The notes beneath the pieces were generated by a model. It was not told the DNA's origin. It searched no databases and saw only the letters and a program-made list of their open reading frames with translations. DNA of 64,000 bases from an uncultured virus (IMG/VR IMGVR_UViG_3300006120_000013) (Duplodnaviria > Heunggongvirae > Uroviricota > Caudoviricetes). Positions within the stretch are counted from its first letter, which is position 1, and every line of letters starts with the position of its first letter. Of this stretch, positions 18,859 through 31,200 are shown piece after piece. The DNA is taken from the IMG/VR virus record IMGVR_UViG_3300006120_000013. One strand, given 5' to 3'. The position numbers and the translations under genes were made by a program.

Positions 18859-20448
18859 TTAAAGTATGACTGCCATTACTACGCCTGGATCGCTGTCAAC
18901 CTTGTCTTCGATAGATTTAGCAAACACAGATGTATGTGGATATCCAACTCCGTCTCCAATAGATACAGCGTATCCCGGATTTGATGAGGTTACCAATACA
19001 TCTCCCTTATGAACAGGACCAACAACTTTTACAGGAACTTTTCCTCTAAGTGCTACTGGTAAGTAATCTGCTGTTTCTCCGCTGTCGTTCATTAAGTATG
19101 CAGGATTAGTTGATATAACACCTGCTACTCTACTATCTGCTAATTTCATAGTAAGTGTGATTTCTTTATTTCCACCAAATACTACTACTGTTCCTGGTTC
19201 ATAAACATTATCTGCTTCATATTTCTCTGCCAAGTCAGCATATTGTGCTCTTGTAGCAATAGCATCAATTGTTCCTGCTGCAAAATTACCATTGTTATCT
19301 CTAGCAACAATAGTATTATTTGTATTAGTAGCTGTTGAAACAACATACTTTGTAAGATCAGCAGGATTTGGCGGAGTTCCGTTTGCATAATCAAAATACA
19401 AAGTTTTTGCTCTATCAGATGTACCTACTACATTTCCTATGAAGTTACCTCCATGAAAATTATCAGCATATATGTCTTTAGCATATATGTTTCTCCATCT
19501 AAGCAATGGTTCACCTAAATCGTATGTATCTGTAAGTCCCGGATCAACTGCACTACCTAGAATTTGCATAGTTTCTTTAACTATAGTACCGTCTTTTATT
19601 TTAAAAATAATATTATTTGATTGTGTATTTTGAATAGTTGGAATAGAACTAACAATACCTACACTGAGTGTTTGATTAATACCACCTACTGTAAATCCGT
19701 TAGTATCAAACTGAGATGTTCCGTAAAAAACAGAATCTTGAGCAAGTACATATTCATGCGCTGCATGGAATGTGCTAGTTGTTGCATCTAACATTCCATC
19801 TGCAGAACTAGCAGTTCCCCAATAGCGATCACCATTAGTTGATACTCCCGAAGAATTATTTGCATCAACTATAGTCATACCAGCATGTATAGTTCCAAAA
19901 CCTACAATAGGATTAACTGTCTCATTTAAATTGAAAGTATCTTTAGAAATAATAAATTCTATTTTATCATTAATAAATGCTTCCATAATTGCATGTTTAT
20001 TATTCTGATCGTCTAGAACACTAACACTTTCCCATTGAGTTATTCCCAATCCAGCAACTGCTTGAGGACCAATAAGAACAAATTTAGATATTCCATCAAA
20101 AGCATATAACTGGTTAGAATCAGTATTCCACCAAAAATCGCCAGTAGTTAATCCTGGGGGTTCAGTTGGGCCAATCTCTGCACCACCTGTAGTTCTCCAA
20201 TGTAGAGCATCCCAAAATTTTAATTTTCTGTTTGCAGAATCGTACCATATCTGTCCACTAAGAGCATTTGGAGGAGCAGCAGTATTGGAAAAATTTTCCA
20301 TCAAATACACAAAATTTTCATTTTGTATATCACCGTATCCTGCGTAATTTTTACCTATTAACTGGATAGTAGTACTACTATTATTTAGAGTACCCTCATC
20401 AACGGTTACTAGTGGTGATCCGTTATATCTATTAATTTGATATGGCAT
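18859..20448 (-). CDS. Tail-fibre-like protein with C-terminal chaperone/autocleavage-like domain
   Basis: Shared N-terminal fibre module (GKNYAGYG..ENF..GQIWYD); C-terminal YADLAEKY...GVIST.PAY...LRGKVPVKV..GDVLVTS. Confidence 0.75.
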   Translation of the reverse strand: MPYQINRYNGSPLVTVDEGTLNNSSTTIQLIGKNYAGYGDIQNENFVYLMENFSNTAAPPNALSGQIWYDSANRKLKFWDALHWRTTGGAEIGPTEPPGLTTGDFWWNTDSNQLYAFDGISKFVLIGPQAVAGLGITQWESVSVLDDQNNKHAIMEAFINDKIEFIISKDTFNLNETVNPIVGFGTIHAGMTIVDANNSSGVSTNGDRYWGTASSADGMLDATTSTFHAAHEYVLAQDSVFYGTSQFDTNGFTVGGINQTLSVGIVSSIPTIQNTQSNNIIFKIKDGTIVKETMQILGSAVDPGLTDTYDLGEPLLRWRNIYAKDIYADNFHGGNFIGNVVGTSDRAKTLYFDYANGTPPNPADLTKYVVSTATNTNNTIVARDNNGNFAAGTIDAIATRAQYADLAEKYEADNVYEPGTVVVFGGNKEITLTMKLADSRVAGVISTNPAYLMNDSGETADYLPVALRGKVPVKVVGPVHKGDVLVTSSNPGYAVSIGDGVGYPHTSVFAKSIEDKVDSDPGVVMAVIL

Positions 20449-20490
20449 TCTAGAAGCTCCTGAACTTTCGTGGTCCGTTTTAAGTATTTA

Positions 20491-22464
20491 TCATATACTG
20501 CTAGTTAAATCAGTATCGAAAACCCATGCATTATTCCTTATAATAAATCTTTTTAAATATCTTGTAACAGTTGGGGGGGATCCTGTACCCAAGTGTTGGA
20601 CATGTACATATGCGTATTTTCCGTCTATATACAAGGATGCTTGTGCTATATCATTTAACATTAGAATAATATTAGTATTAATATTCCCAGATAATCCGTT
20701 ATCTATAAAAGTTAGTGCTATAGGGGATTGTTGTATTGCTCCCGTTACATAATATTTAGGAACTGCATCATTTAAATTTACAGGAAATCCAACATTTGCA
20801 ATTCTTGGGTAAACTGTAGTTCCACTAATTGTTCTAGTTACTAGGACAATGTTTCCTGTTCCATTTGGATTTAATTCAAGATCTTGATTAGTTACTGTAG
20901 CAGATATCATATTATTAGAAATATTTAAAGTTCCTGCTGTTAAACTAATTTGATGCCCGATTGATGTTAATCCTGGAGCACTAGTAACTGAAGATAATAG
21001 TGTAGTTGAATTTAAGATTTCGACTCCGCCAATAGAAAAATATTTTCCTGATCTTAAGTTAAAATTCTCAGAGCAATCAAAAGATTGCGTAGAAAGATTA
21101 AACAGCATCGATTTATCTGTTGTTCCTTTAATAACAACGCCGCCACCATCTGCTGCAAGATCAGACGCCGAAAATGCTGATACTTTATTAATTGTTCCTA
21201 TTACAGGAACACTACTGCCAACTGATGTAACTGTAAGTGTAGTTGAATTAACTATACTTAATATGGATACTGAATTTCCTGCTCCTAAATTTCCACTTCC
21301 TGACGCAGATTCAATTCTTTCTCCAATTATTAGTCCTACTGTAGATGATAATCCAGTAATTGTTAATGTCCACGGTCCAGATCCAGGAGTTAAAGGTGGA
21401 GAATTATCAACAACTGATGTGATAGTTGCAGTATCACCTATAATAATCGAAGAAACAACTGCTAATTCTAGATTTTTATCATCCACTGTTAGAATAGTTG
21501 AATTAATTCTAGTGTTAGTTCCTTCTACTATTAGATCTCCTCTAACTCTCAAATTTCCAGCAACGTCGAGTGCTTGTTGAGGAGTAACTGTCCATAAACC
21601 AATTTGGTTTGTACTTGCATCTATATAAATTGGAGTATATGTACCAGTACTGTTCTTTGTTTGAAATAAAATTGATCCTTGATTCAAAACATTTTCTAAA
21701 ACAAGAGTAGTATTGTTTATTCTAAAATTAGCCGATTGACGTTGTCCAATTGTTAAACCGTTATCATTTTGAATTAATATTTTTTGAGCATTTATTGCTG
21801 CTTCATCACTTCTCATAAACTGAGAATCTGTTAAACCATTAAACAAAATCGAATTAGATGATGTTCCACCTGTAATTGAACTAACATTACTATTTGGTGT
21901 ATATCCTTTGTTTAATCCATTAGAAAATCCTGGAATAGGTGGACTTGGAGTAAAAGTATCTGATGCATAAATTCCAAGTAATGTATCTGAAATATAAAGA
22001 TAAAGTATAGATCTTGGATTTTTTGTTGAATCGTAAATTGTATCAGCAACAAATCCTGTTATTCCTTGCGATTTTTTCCATGTAGGGCCAGCTAATACTA
22101 AATCTGTTCCTGTATGAAACCATAGCTGATTTTCTAAATTATCAATCCAAAAATCACCTGTATTAAAAACAAGAGGTTCTATATCTGCAACAATAGGACC
22201 ACCTGCTGTTCTCCAACCTGTAGGAGTATAAACTTTTAATCCATCTGATGTGGCATCAAACCATAATTGACCAATAAGAGGATTTGTAGGCTGCGCAACA
22301 CCTGCAAAATTTTCTAAAAGATAGATAAAATTTTCATTAAGTTGTTGTCCATAATTTGTAAAGTTTTTACCTATGAGAGTAAGATCGGTAGTAGAAGTAT
22401 TAATTGTACTATCGGCTAATTGGATCAATAAATTTCCATTTGTTAAATTAATAGTATAAGACAT
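20491..22464 (-). CDS. Tail-fibre-like protein
   Basis: Same N-terminal module (GKNFTNYG..ENF..GQLWFD); IGLWT.TP..ALDVAGN; beta-rich body. Confidence 0.72.
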   Translation of the reverse strand: MSYTINLTNGNLLIQLADSTINTSTTDLTLIGKNFTNYGQQLNENFIYLLENFAGVAQPTNPLIGQLWFDATSDGLKVYTPTGWRTAGGPIVADIEPLVFNTGDFWIDNLENQLWFHTGTDLVLAGPTWKKSQGITGFVADTIYDSTKNPRSILYLYISDTLLGIYASDTFTPSPPIPGFSNGLNKGYTPNSNVSSITGGTSSNSILFNGLTDSQFMRSDEAAINAQKILIQNDNGLTIGQRQSANFRINNTTLVLENVLNQGSILFQTKNSTGTYTPIYIDASTNQIGLWTVTPQQALDVAGNLRVRGDLIVEGTNTRINSTILTVDDKNLELAVVSSIIIGDTATITSVVDNSPPLTPGSGPWTLTITGLSSTVGLIIGERIESASGSGNLGAGNSVSILSIVNSTTLTVTSVGSSVPVIGTINKVSAFSASDLAADGGGVVIKGTTDKSMLFNLSTQSFDCSENFNLRSGKYFSIGGVEILNSTTLLSSVTSAPGLTSIGHQISLTAGTLNISNNMISATVTNQDLELNPNGTGNIVLVTRTISGTTVYPRIANVGFPVNLNDAVPKYYVTGAIQQSPIALTFIDNGLSGNINTNIILMLNDIAQASLYIDGKYAYVHVQHLGTGSPPTVTRYLKRFIIRNNAWVFDTDLTSSI

Positions 22465-24596
22465 TATACAAACTTTCCTGTAAATATGATATAATTGATA
22501 GTTACATATGGATTCATAATTTCTATCGGATTAGGATTAGGGTTACCGTGAACATCTTTAATTCCTCCAACCATGTCTCCTGTTTGTGAATTATATGCAG
22601 CTTGCCCTGGAATATTCGGGCCATTTCCTAAAATCGAATGTGTATCTGTAGGAGGAATAGTTGTAGGACTAGGATTAATTGTATAATATTCTCCACCTTG
22701 ATCACCTAAGAAAGTATGTTTATGGTTTGGTATATTAGAAATACCCAATGTTACATTTTCTACGCCGTTAATATTTCCTAGTGTAGAAGCAGAAGTTTGT
22801 ATAGTGCCACTAGGTGCTTGAGTATTACTGTCAATAGGTCCTAATCTAGATTCAACAGTATCTGAATTATTCATCGTATTGCGACCTAATGCAAATTTTC
22901 CTCTTAAATCAGGTAATCTAAATGTAGCAATTCCTGATAAAGATAAAGGATCACCATATGTGTAAAGTAATACCTGAAAAAGATCTGGATAATCGACTCT
23001 AGATTTTTCACTTCCGTCACAAAATAGATAACCAGCAGGTGGCGTTGTTCCAGCAAAAGGTAATATAGTTCCTATCGGAATTAATGCAGTATTAGTGAAA
23101 AAATTCGATCTTAACATTTTTCCTAATTGACCAGTTCCTGGACGATATATTAAAAGTTCATCAGACCCTTGTGGCGGATTAGGTAATTCTACTTTAGAAT
23201 CAATAAAATCAACACTAATAGTGGTATTAAAAGTTTTTACTGCAAGACCTGTTGATGGGTCTATTGACCCATCATAAGAAAAACCAGCACTAGTAACATC
23301 TCCTGACATATTAAATGTTGTGGAGGATTTAAGATTTGTAGCAGATCCTGTTACACTTCCTGTAACATTTCCTGTTACACTTCCTGTAACATTTCCTACA
23401 AAATTTGCAGAATGTATAGAAGCAAATCTTTTACTAGAATTACCTATATTAAAAAGATTATCAATACTAGGTAAAAATATATCAGTTATTCCTGAAGAAT
23501 TCCCAACATTTATAACACTATTAAATGTTGTTCCACCTTGTACATAAAGATCTTTCTGGATAGTTGCTCCACCAGATATTTGTAATGCCGATCCATTAAT
23601 ATCTCCGTATGTTGCTGTACTAGTAATAGAAACAATATCACTAAAAGTAGAATTACCTTTAACATCAAGTGTAGCACCTGGAGTAAAATTATTAGGTCCT
23701 ATTCCTACATTTCCTGTAGAATCTGCACGAATAAGTGTAACTGTACTACCAGTACTATCTTTAATTCTAATGTCAAAAGCAGAATTAGATGTTGCATGAT
23801 AGATATTTCCTATCTTTCCACTATCTACTGATATTTGTAATTGTCCAGATTCTCCTGTTGCTATACCTTGATCTGTCTTTATAGATATTGGATAATTAGT
23901 AATATTTGATACATCTTTTCTTAAAAAATTAGATGCAGCAACTACTGATGTTCCTATAATTAAATTTTCAGCCTTTTCTGCTACTCCCCAATATTTTGTA
24001 TTACTAATATTTGTACTAATATTAATTCCAGCATTAATTGCTTTAAATCCGTCAATGGCAACTTTAGGAACAAAAGAACTTGCGCTATAAATTGTAACTA
24101 CTTGGTCGTCTACATAAGTTTTAAGGATTGTATGCGAACCTGGAGTAGTTCCCGAATCTAATATTGATTCTGCTACAACACCCGATTTAAGACCACTACT
24201 AAATGTAGGTCCTACTAAAACCCAAGAAGCACCGTTGTAAAGAAATAACTGCTGATTTACAGTGTCAACCCATAAATCACCTTCTGTTTTTGCTATAGGT
24301 GCTGTTTCTCCTTTATTAACAGATCCTGCTGGTTTCCAACTAGTTCCGTCATATACTTTGAGATTATCTATTCCTATTGTTGAATCATACCAAAGTTGTC
24401 CTTGGACTGGATTAGAAGGAGATGATGAGTTGGAAAAATTTTCAAGTAAGTGAAGGAAATCTTCTGCTATGGTAACAGCATATCCTCTTTGATTTCTTCC
24501 CGGTATAGATAAACTTGTGTCAGTATTAACTGTACTATCATTTACAGTAATAGGCTGTTTATTCTGAGAATCAGTAAAATTAATTGTATAACTCAT
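22464..24596 (-). CDS. Tail-fibre protein with phage tail-collar domain (short-tail-fibre-like)
   Basis: PIGTILPFAG..PPAGYLFCDG...FRLPDLRG collar motif, H.H motif, NPYVTINYII C-terminus; (GNVT/GSVT)n repeat encoded by a 24-bp tandem at 23347-23394. Confidence 0.85.
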   Translation of the reverse strand: MSYTINFTDSQNKQPITVNDSTVNTDTSLSIPGRNQRGYAVTIAEDFLHLLENFSNSSSPSNPVQGQLWYDSTIGIDNLKVYDGTSWKPAGSVNKGETAPIAKTEGDLWVDTVNQQLFLYNGASWVLVGPTFSSGLKSGVVAESILDSGTTPGSHTILKTYVDDQVVTIYSASSFVPKVAIDGFKAINAGINISTNISNTKYWGVAEKAENLIIGTSVVAASNFLRKDVSNITNYPISIKTDQGIATGESGQLQISVDSGKIGNIYHATSNSAFDIRIKDSTGSTVTLIRADSTGNVGIGPNNFTPGATLDVKGNSTFSDIVSITSTATYGDINGSALQISGGATIQKDLYVQGGTTFNSVINVGNSSGITDIFLPSIDNLFNIGNSSKRFASIHSANFVGNVTGSVTGNVTGSVTGSATNLKSSTTFNMSGDVTSAGFSYDGSIDPSTGLAVKTFNTTISVDFIDSKVELPNPPQGSDELLIYRPGTGQLGKMLRSNFFTNTALIPIGTILPFAGTTPPAGYLFCDGSEKSRVDYPDLFQVLLYTYGDPLSLSGIATFRLPDLRGKFALGRNTMNNSDTVESRLGPIDSNTQAPSGTIQTSASTLGNINGVENVTLGISNIPNHKHTFLGDQGGEYYTINPSPTTIPPTDTHSILGNGPNIPGQAAYNSQTGDMVGGIKDVHGNPNPNPIEIMNPYVTINYIIFTGKFV

Positions 24597-25267
24597 CCGT
24601 TAAACCCCGATAAACTTTGTATTCTCACTGTATAATCTATCTGTATTAATCTGTTCAAACTTTTTTGAACAGGATGAAAGATAACATGAGTTAATAATTT
24701 TCCTTCGTAATTAGTAGCATTAGGATCATATCCTCTTAATCCTAACTCATCAAAAACATATTCGCTTGTAGCACTTGCTACGTTATCAAATGCTTCTTGT
24801 CCTGCAGGCTCACCATAATCTAATAAACAAGAAACAAGAATATCTGTATAACTAGTACCAGTTATATGACGAGTTTGGAGGTAATTTCTTGTAGGATCAG
24901 TGTTAGCAGAACTATTAGAATCAACTACTTTTTTATAAGTTTCATTATATAATGAACTGTTTATACCTACTGTATTAGGAGTTAAATAGGTGATAATTCC
25001 TGTAGGATCAACTTCAGTTCCTCCATTACCAAACGCCATTTGATAAATGGTTCCAACTCCAGAATTAGCCAAGCTTTCTGCTAATGCTATACTCATATTT
25101 TCATAATGAATAGCGTTTCTTTTATTAACAAAAATCTCTCCAGATTGTGGATCAAAAATTTTAATATGTCCTTCTATATGAAAGGGCCCTTTTTCGTCTG
25201 GCTGTTTAGTAGTCATTTCTTTGTCCTGTATTATAGTTTCTTTGGTTTTTTTAATATCTTTTTCCAT
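24593..25267 (-). CDS. Conserved virion/baseplate-associated protein
   Basis: Position in the tail module; GHIKIFD, FDELGL, HPVQKSLNR motifs. Confidence 0.65.
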   Translation of the reverse strand: MEKDIKKTKETIIQDKEMTTKQPDEKGPFHIEGHIKIFDPQSGEIFVNKRNAIHYENMSIALAESLANSGVGTIYQMAFGNGGTEVDPTGIITYLTPNTVGINSSLYNETYKKVVDSNSSANTDPTRNYLQTRHITGTSYTDILVSCLLDYGEPAGQEAFDNVASATSEYVFDELGLRGYDPNATNYEGKLLTHVIFHPVQKSLNRLIQIDYTVRIQSLSGFNG

Positions 25268-25283
25268 AATAAACTCACTTTAT

Positions 25284-28200
25284 TTATTTAGGTAAAATCG
25301 CTGGTCTTGCTGTTAAGAACTGAGCAATATCTGTTTGACTATATACTAGAGGCACCGATTCCCCTCGTTTTTTCCAAATTCTACCAGTTTTATAGATTAT
25401 AATTACCAATTCTCCAGCAGCAGGTGGAGTAGAGAGTTTAATAGTATTATCAATTCCGCTTACTGCAAATTCTGCTTGTAAAGTTATATCTCCAGTACCT
25501 TGATAACTATCAATAGATTTTGTATAGTTATGTACTATGTATGGATTTTTAATTAATCTTCTTCCTCCAACATAAACTTCAATTTGATCACATTGACCGT
25601 AACTTACAGGAATTCCGCTACTAATAACTAATCCTGGATGACTACCTGAATTAGTTGGCGTCGTTGCTGTGGCAATGAACGTTAATCCAGGTACAGGAGT
25701 AGTTCCAGTTGGAACACCAACTTGTGACCAATTAGTAAGACCAATATCTGTAATAGTATATTGCTGACCTACAACAAGATTTGCAGGAGAAACTACATTT
25801 ATTGTGTCTCTATACCAATCAGTATCTAATATAGGTAAATTATAAGGTACCCAATAATTTGTATCAGTAATATCTATAGAAGTTTGAACATCTTTTATTG
25901 CTTGATAATAAATTCCATTATTCCAAACTATTGTACCCTTTGAATATGTTTGAGCAGTATACCATCTTTTTGTATGATTTATGTACCAATTAATATCAAT
26001 GACTTGTGCATATTCTTGCCAGAAACTAGATTGATTAGATAATGCATTAGATGGAATAGTGTTTAAAATTACATTTTGTGTAATTGCTGTTAAAACCAAT
26101 TGTTTACCATCTTGCTGATCTGTAATTGTAAATTCAGTGTCTGATAAAATAGAATATACATAATAAATTTGTCCAGCATTTACATTTCCAAATTTTGATC
26201 CAAATATAATACTTGTACCTACAGACAATGTTGCTGTACTCGAACATATAACAATATTTGTTTTTGTTGTAGAACCTGTAACAACAATAGTTGGATAAAT
26301 TGCTGTGTAATAAATTCCATTATATACTACAATATCACCATTACTATAGGAGAGTGTATAATCATAATTTCCTATATATTTGAATCCTTTTTTACTAAAC
26401 CATTTAACTAACGAAGAATTCTTTGGAGTAAAATCAAGATTAAAAATAGTTGTATGATTGTCACCAAAATAAGTTATTTTATCTTCTTGATCTGAATAAG
26501 GAACTGTTTGATCTTGTCCAACATCAGAAACTTCAGTGCCAATTGAATAATAATTTTTTGCGCCAGTTCCTAATGTTGCTCTTCTTAATTGACTTAATGT
26601 ATTATTTTTCATTGAAAAATATTCAATACGCTCGCCTTCAATTTCAATAACTCCCGGAAGATTTTTATTAGGTGTTGGTAATTGAAGTTTAGTTGTATCA
26701 TTAACTACAATTTGAGTATCTAAATACATAAAATCTTGTTTAAGATATGTAGAAGAACTGCTATCAATTCTTTTATAGATAGTTCTATTAAGCATATCTT
26801 TAAAAATTTTAAAACCAAAACTAGGTCTAACAGTTCGATCATTAACTGTTAAAATTTCAATATATCCACTACTATTTAAAATATCAGGTAACAATACTTT
26901 AACCTGACTTAAATTATCTAGAATTACATAATCAACGTTAGGTATTAGTAAACGTCTATTTAAAGAAACTAAACAACTTGATTTTGAAGAAACAAGTCTA
27001 GGTAAATCAAATATACCACTAGTATTAACTGAAGAACTTAAAATATCATATTGCGTGAATTCGTATTGCAATACATCATATCCTGTAGTAAATTTAAATC
27101 CATAACTACTTCTTCTAAATTTAACTATATCATGATTAGTAAATGTATTAACAACTATAAGAATCTGATTTTGTATTTGAAAATTTGTTTTATTGAAAAT
27201 CAATTGATCTCCAATAACTTTATAATCAGATAATTTTGTTATTTCTACAATAATTTCGTCTCCAGTTTTAGCAACACCTGGTGTTAAATTAACTAAAACC
27301 TGATTACTATCTAAATAATAATCTCTCACTGGCACTAATTGTACACCGTTAAGATATAAACTTATATCATCAGCTACTAATGAGTTTGGTGGGAATCGAA
27401 CTTCTTGTATATCAAGTATATCGATTCCTTCATAGGTAAAATACTTGTAAGCAGGTGCTTGCACGAACTCATTAACAACTGTTTGTGATCCATCTGGACT
27501 AATTTTAATACTATCAACTAAAACAAAAATTGAAGCACTTAGAGGTTCTGCGTTAGCAGGAACTCTATTTAAGGTATATTGATATTGTCCGGGAACAATA
27601 GGAATAGTATCAGCAAAGACTCTACTAAATTTTTGCACTAATCCATTGAATATCATAATAACAATTTTGTCACCGTTTCCTGGTGCTTTTTCAAACTCAA
27701 TAACCACATCACCCGGAACTCCGTATTCTGCTATTGTACTATTTTTAACAGTTATACTGTTTCTATAGGATGATGCTTGTACTTGTATAATATATTTTGT
27801 TGTTGAATCAAGTGTTGGTGATATTGTTTGTGCATACGTATCCCATCCTGCTCCTTTTACTAACATTACACCTGAACTTTGAGATAATAAAATTGGTGGT
27901 CCATTTAAAGTTAAAGATATTGAAAATGTTGTGCTTGTAAAATTATCAGATGTTACATAGTAAACTGTATTATTGTTTACTCCAGCAAAACTTGGACCAA
28001 GAGCCGACTTACTAATTATTATAGGCATTCCTATTGAAAGTGTTGCTGTACTATCAACTATAAATTTGATATTATCACACTGTACTACAGGAAACCAAAT
28101 AAAGGATTCTTTAACTACTAAAGCTATTTTACTTTTTGGATCATAATATTCTATAAGACCAAACTGTTCTATACCTGTTCCATCAACAATCGATATAAAT

Positions 28201-31200
28201 GCTCCAGGTGCATCAGTTGGACTATAACTACTTGAATAATCTGTACTAGATGAAATATCAGAATCTGATAATATTATGCTTACTGTATCACCACCTTGTG
28301 CATAATTTGTATTAAGTATTTCATAACCCAAATATTCTCCATTTAGTATTACTAAAGGTGTTACATTTCCATTATTATAACGTGCAGAAGTTAAAAATTC
28401 TTTTGTACTTCCGTCACCTATAAATGAAACTTGATCTGCAATATCATATCCAGCAGTATCAACGCTAGTTATAGCAATTTGTGCTCCTAAATCGGGAATA
28501 TATGGATGATATTGTCCCGTTGTAAAATCGTAACTAAGAATTGTAATTTTATTTTCTTTATAATCAACTGCAAGATCGATTGCTCTATTACCTACAGTAA
28601 CAAGAGCACCTTCTCGTGTTTTTGGCATTAAGGAAGATGGTAAAGTAAACGAACTGTTTACACCGTCACCTAAGAAATTATGTACAATAACATTAGGACC
28701 ACCAGATGAAGGAGTATGATAAACATTAATTTCTAATGTATCAACTACTTGGCCTTGAACTAATTCTTCAGGACCGTAACTAGTATCAGAAGTAACAAAT
28801 CCGTCACCGTCGATAATAATTTCTTCAGCAGATACACCGGATGCTGTAGTATATGCTAAGTCGCCGCCATCAACTAAAGAATCAATTAAAGTTAAATCTG
28901 CGGGCAATATTGCTCCATCACTTGTACTTTTACGGAAAGTAATTGTATCATTAGAAGTAAATGCATGTGGTAAAGTAATTTGATTTTTGATTCCATCTCC
29001 AACAAATGTATCCATGATAGTATTTTTTGGAGAACTTGTTAGACCATTCGGTTGTACTGTGCTACCATCATAGTGAGAATAATAAAGATCATCAACTCGT
29101 ATTCCATTGACATAGATATTAATTATTTCTCCATTTTTTGGAACATAAGGCAACGTAAATATTACTGTTGAATGATCTGGTATAACAACAAAATCATCAG
29201 TAGAATTAATAACGTTATCCCATGATGTTGAATCCCAAGGTATTACATCCCAACCACCTCCAACATTAAAGTCGATGCTAGTTAGTTGAACTCCACTATA
29301 ATCAACTCCGGTCATTAATAAACCTAATTCATTACCGAGCATTCCTTCTGTTGGAGAATATCCATAATTAATTCTATCTGCTGAATCAAAAAGTTGAATA
29401 TTCTTTTTATAAGAAATTGTAATATTGTTAACACCGTATGAAGGTGCTGTTTTAAATACAACATAACCTTCTAATGCAGAATATGTATCATGTAAATTCT
29501 GTACAATTGATATGCTATATAAAGATCCATATATTTCAATATTATTAACTAAAATATTAAAATTAACTTTCTTTGGATCAGGTGCAAAAGTTAATTTAAA
29601 TGATTTAAGACTTCCTGTTCCAGAAAATGTATCTGTATAATAAAAATCTTGTATTGTATAATTAGGTGAGATTCTATCATATTTGATACCTATTTTAGTT
29701 GTTCTAACCTGATTATTACCTATTATTGCAACTGCTTTTGCTATTGGATCACCTTTAGCATTTCCGCCACTAATGAATATTGTCGGTGCGTATGTATATC
29801 CAGTTCCTGGATTATCTATTTCAATACTAACTAATTTTCCTTTAGCAATATAAGCAGTTGCTTTAGCACCGGTACCGTCTCCTGTAATAATAACATCAGG
29901 AATACTTTTATATCCGTCACCTTGATCATACACTTTAATTTCTATTACACCATACTTGTAATTGTCATACCAACTCTTCCAAGGGTAAGTATTGATAAAT
30001 GATGATGTTAATGATCCTCTTATTATTTTTCCAACATTTGAATCATAATAAGAAAATAAATCAAAGTCTGTAGTTAACTCATATGCTGGATCTGTATAAT
30101 TATAAGAGTCTAACATTTCTCTAATCTTACTCTTATATGGTTTAACTTCTTCAATATATTTTTGATAACTTGGAAGCACGTCACTTTGATAAGTTATTCT
30201 TTGTTTTAATGTTCCTGCATTATGATTAATTTTTAAGAAACTAGTTTTAAAGACCCAATCAACATATAGTTGTTCATGTAATGAATAATTTACACTATTA
30301 AAAAATGTACTAATATATTCAACTCTTAATTCATTAATTAAAATATTATCTCTTATTGATTCTAGAATAATTCTTAATTCAATGCTAGGTCCTTGATCGT
30401 AGAGACTGTTATCATAACTATAAATTGTATCAAACCCTAAATCACTATTAAGATTATAGAGTTTATCTGAGAATTGTATAGTTCCGTTTTGTTTTCCAAC
30501 AACTTCGTATACTTGTGTATAATCTGGATTTTCTGTAGAAGATACCCTCTGAAGAAGCAACCAGTTATTACTTACATTAGTTACTTTAACTAAATCTCCC
30601 ACCGATGATTGTAATCCTTCAAGATTAACAGTTCTATCTACTTGAAACTTTATATTTGATTCTGAACTGTATCCTTTAGCATACCAATCAGCATAATTCC
30701 AATAACGCTGAACGTTCCATCCTTGTGTTTTAATTCTTCTCCAATAATAAGTTCCTATATTTCCTGTATTACTAAACCAATCATGTAATGTCCATCCGCC
30801 TAATGCATCTGAATCAGACCTTATTAAAACTGTATAATTTCTTACATAAATTTTAGTAGAATATGTGTCATAATCATGACCTCTTTTTATAACAGTAGCC
30901 GCAGAAACAGATCCATTACTATCTAATATTAATTTTATTTTTGCTCCTGTACCTACACCTAAAATTTGTACGGCAGGAGCAACCTTATATCCATAACCAG
31001 AATCAACAATTGTAACTCTAATAATTTGTCCGTCTTTAATAACAGGAGATAAAACTGCTGCTCTAAGTTTTGCTGTTCCAATAAATCTTAGATCATCAAG
31101 TATATCAACAATTTGATCAATTTTTCCAGAATTTAGATCAGGTTCTAGATCAGATTTAAGTAAATTCACAAAATTAATTTTGTCTGCAATTTGATTTTGA

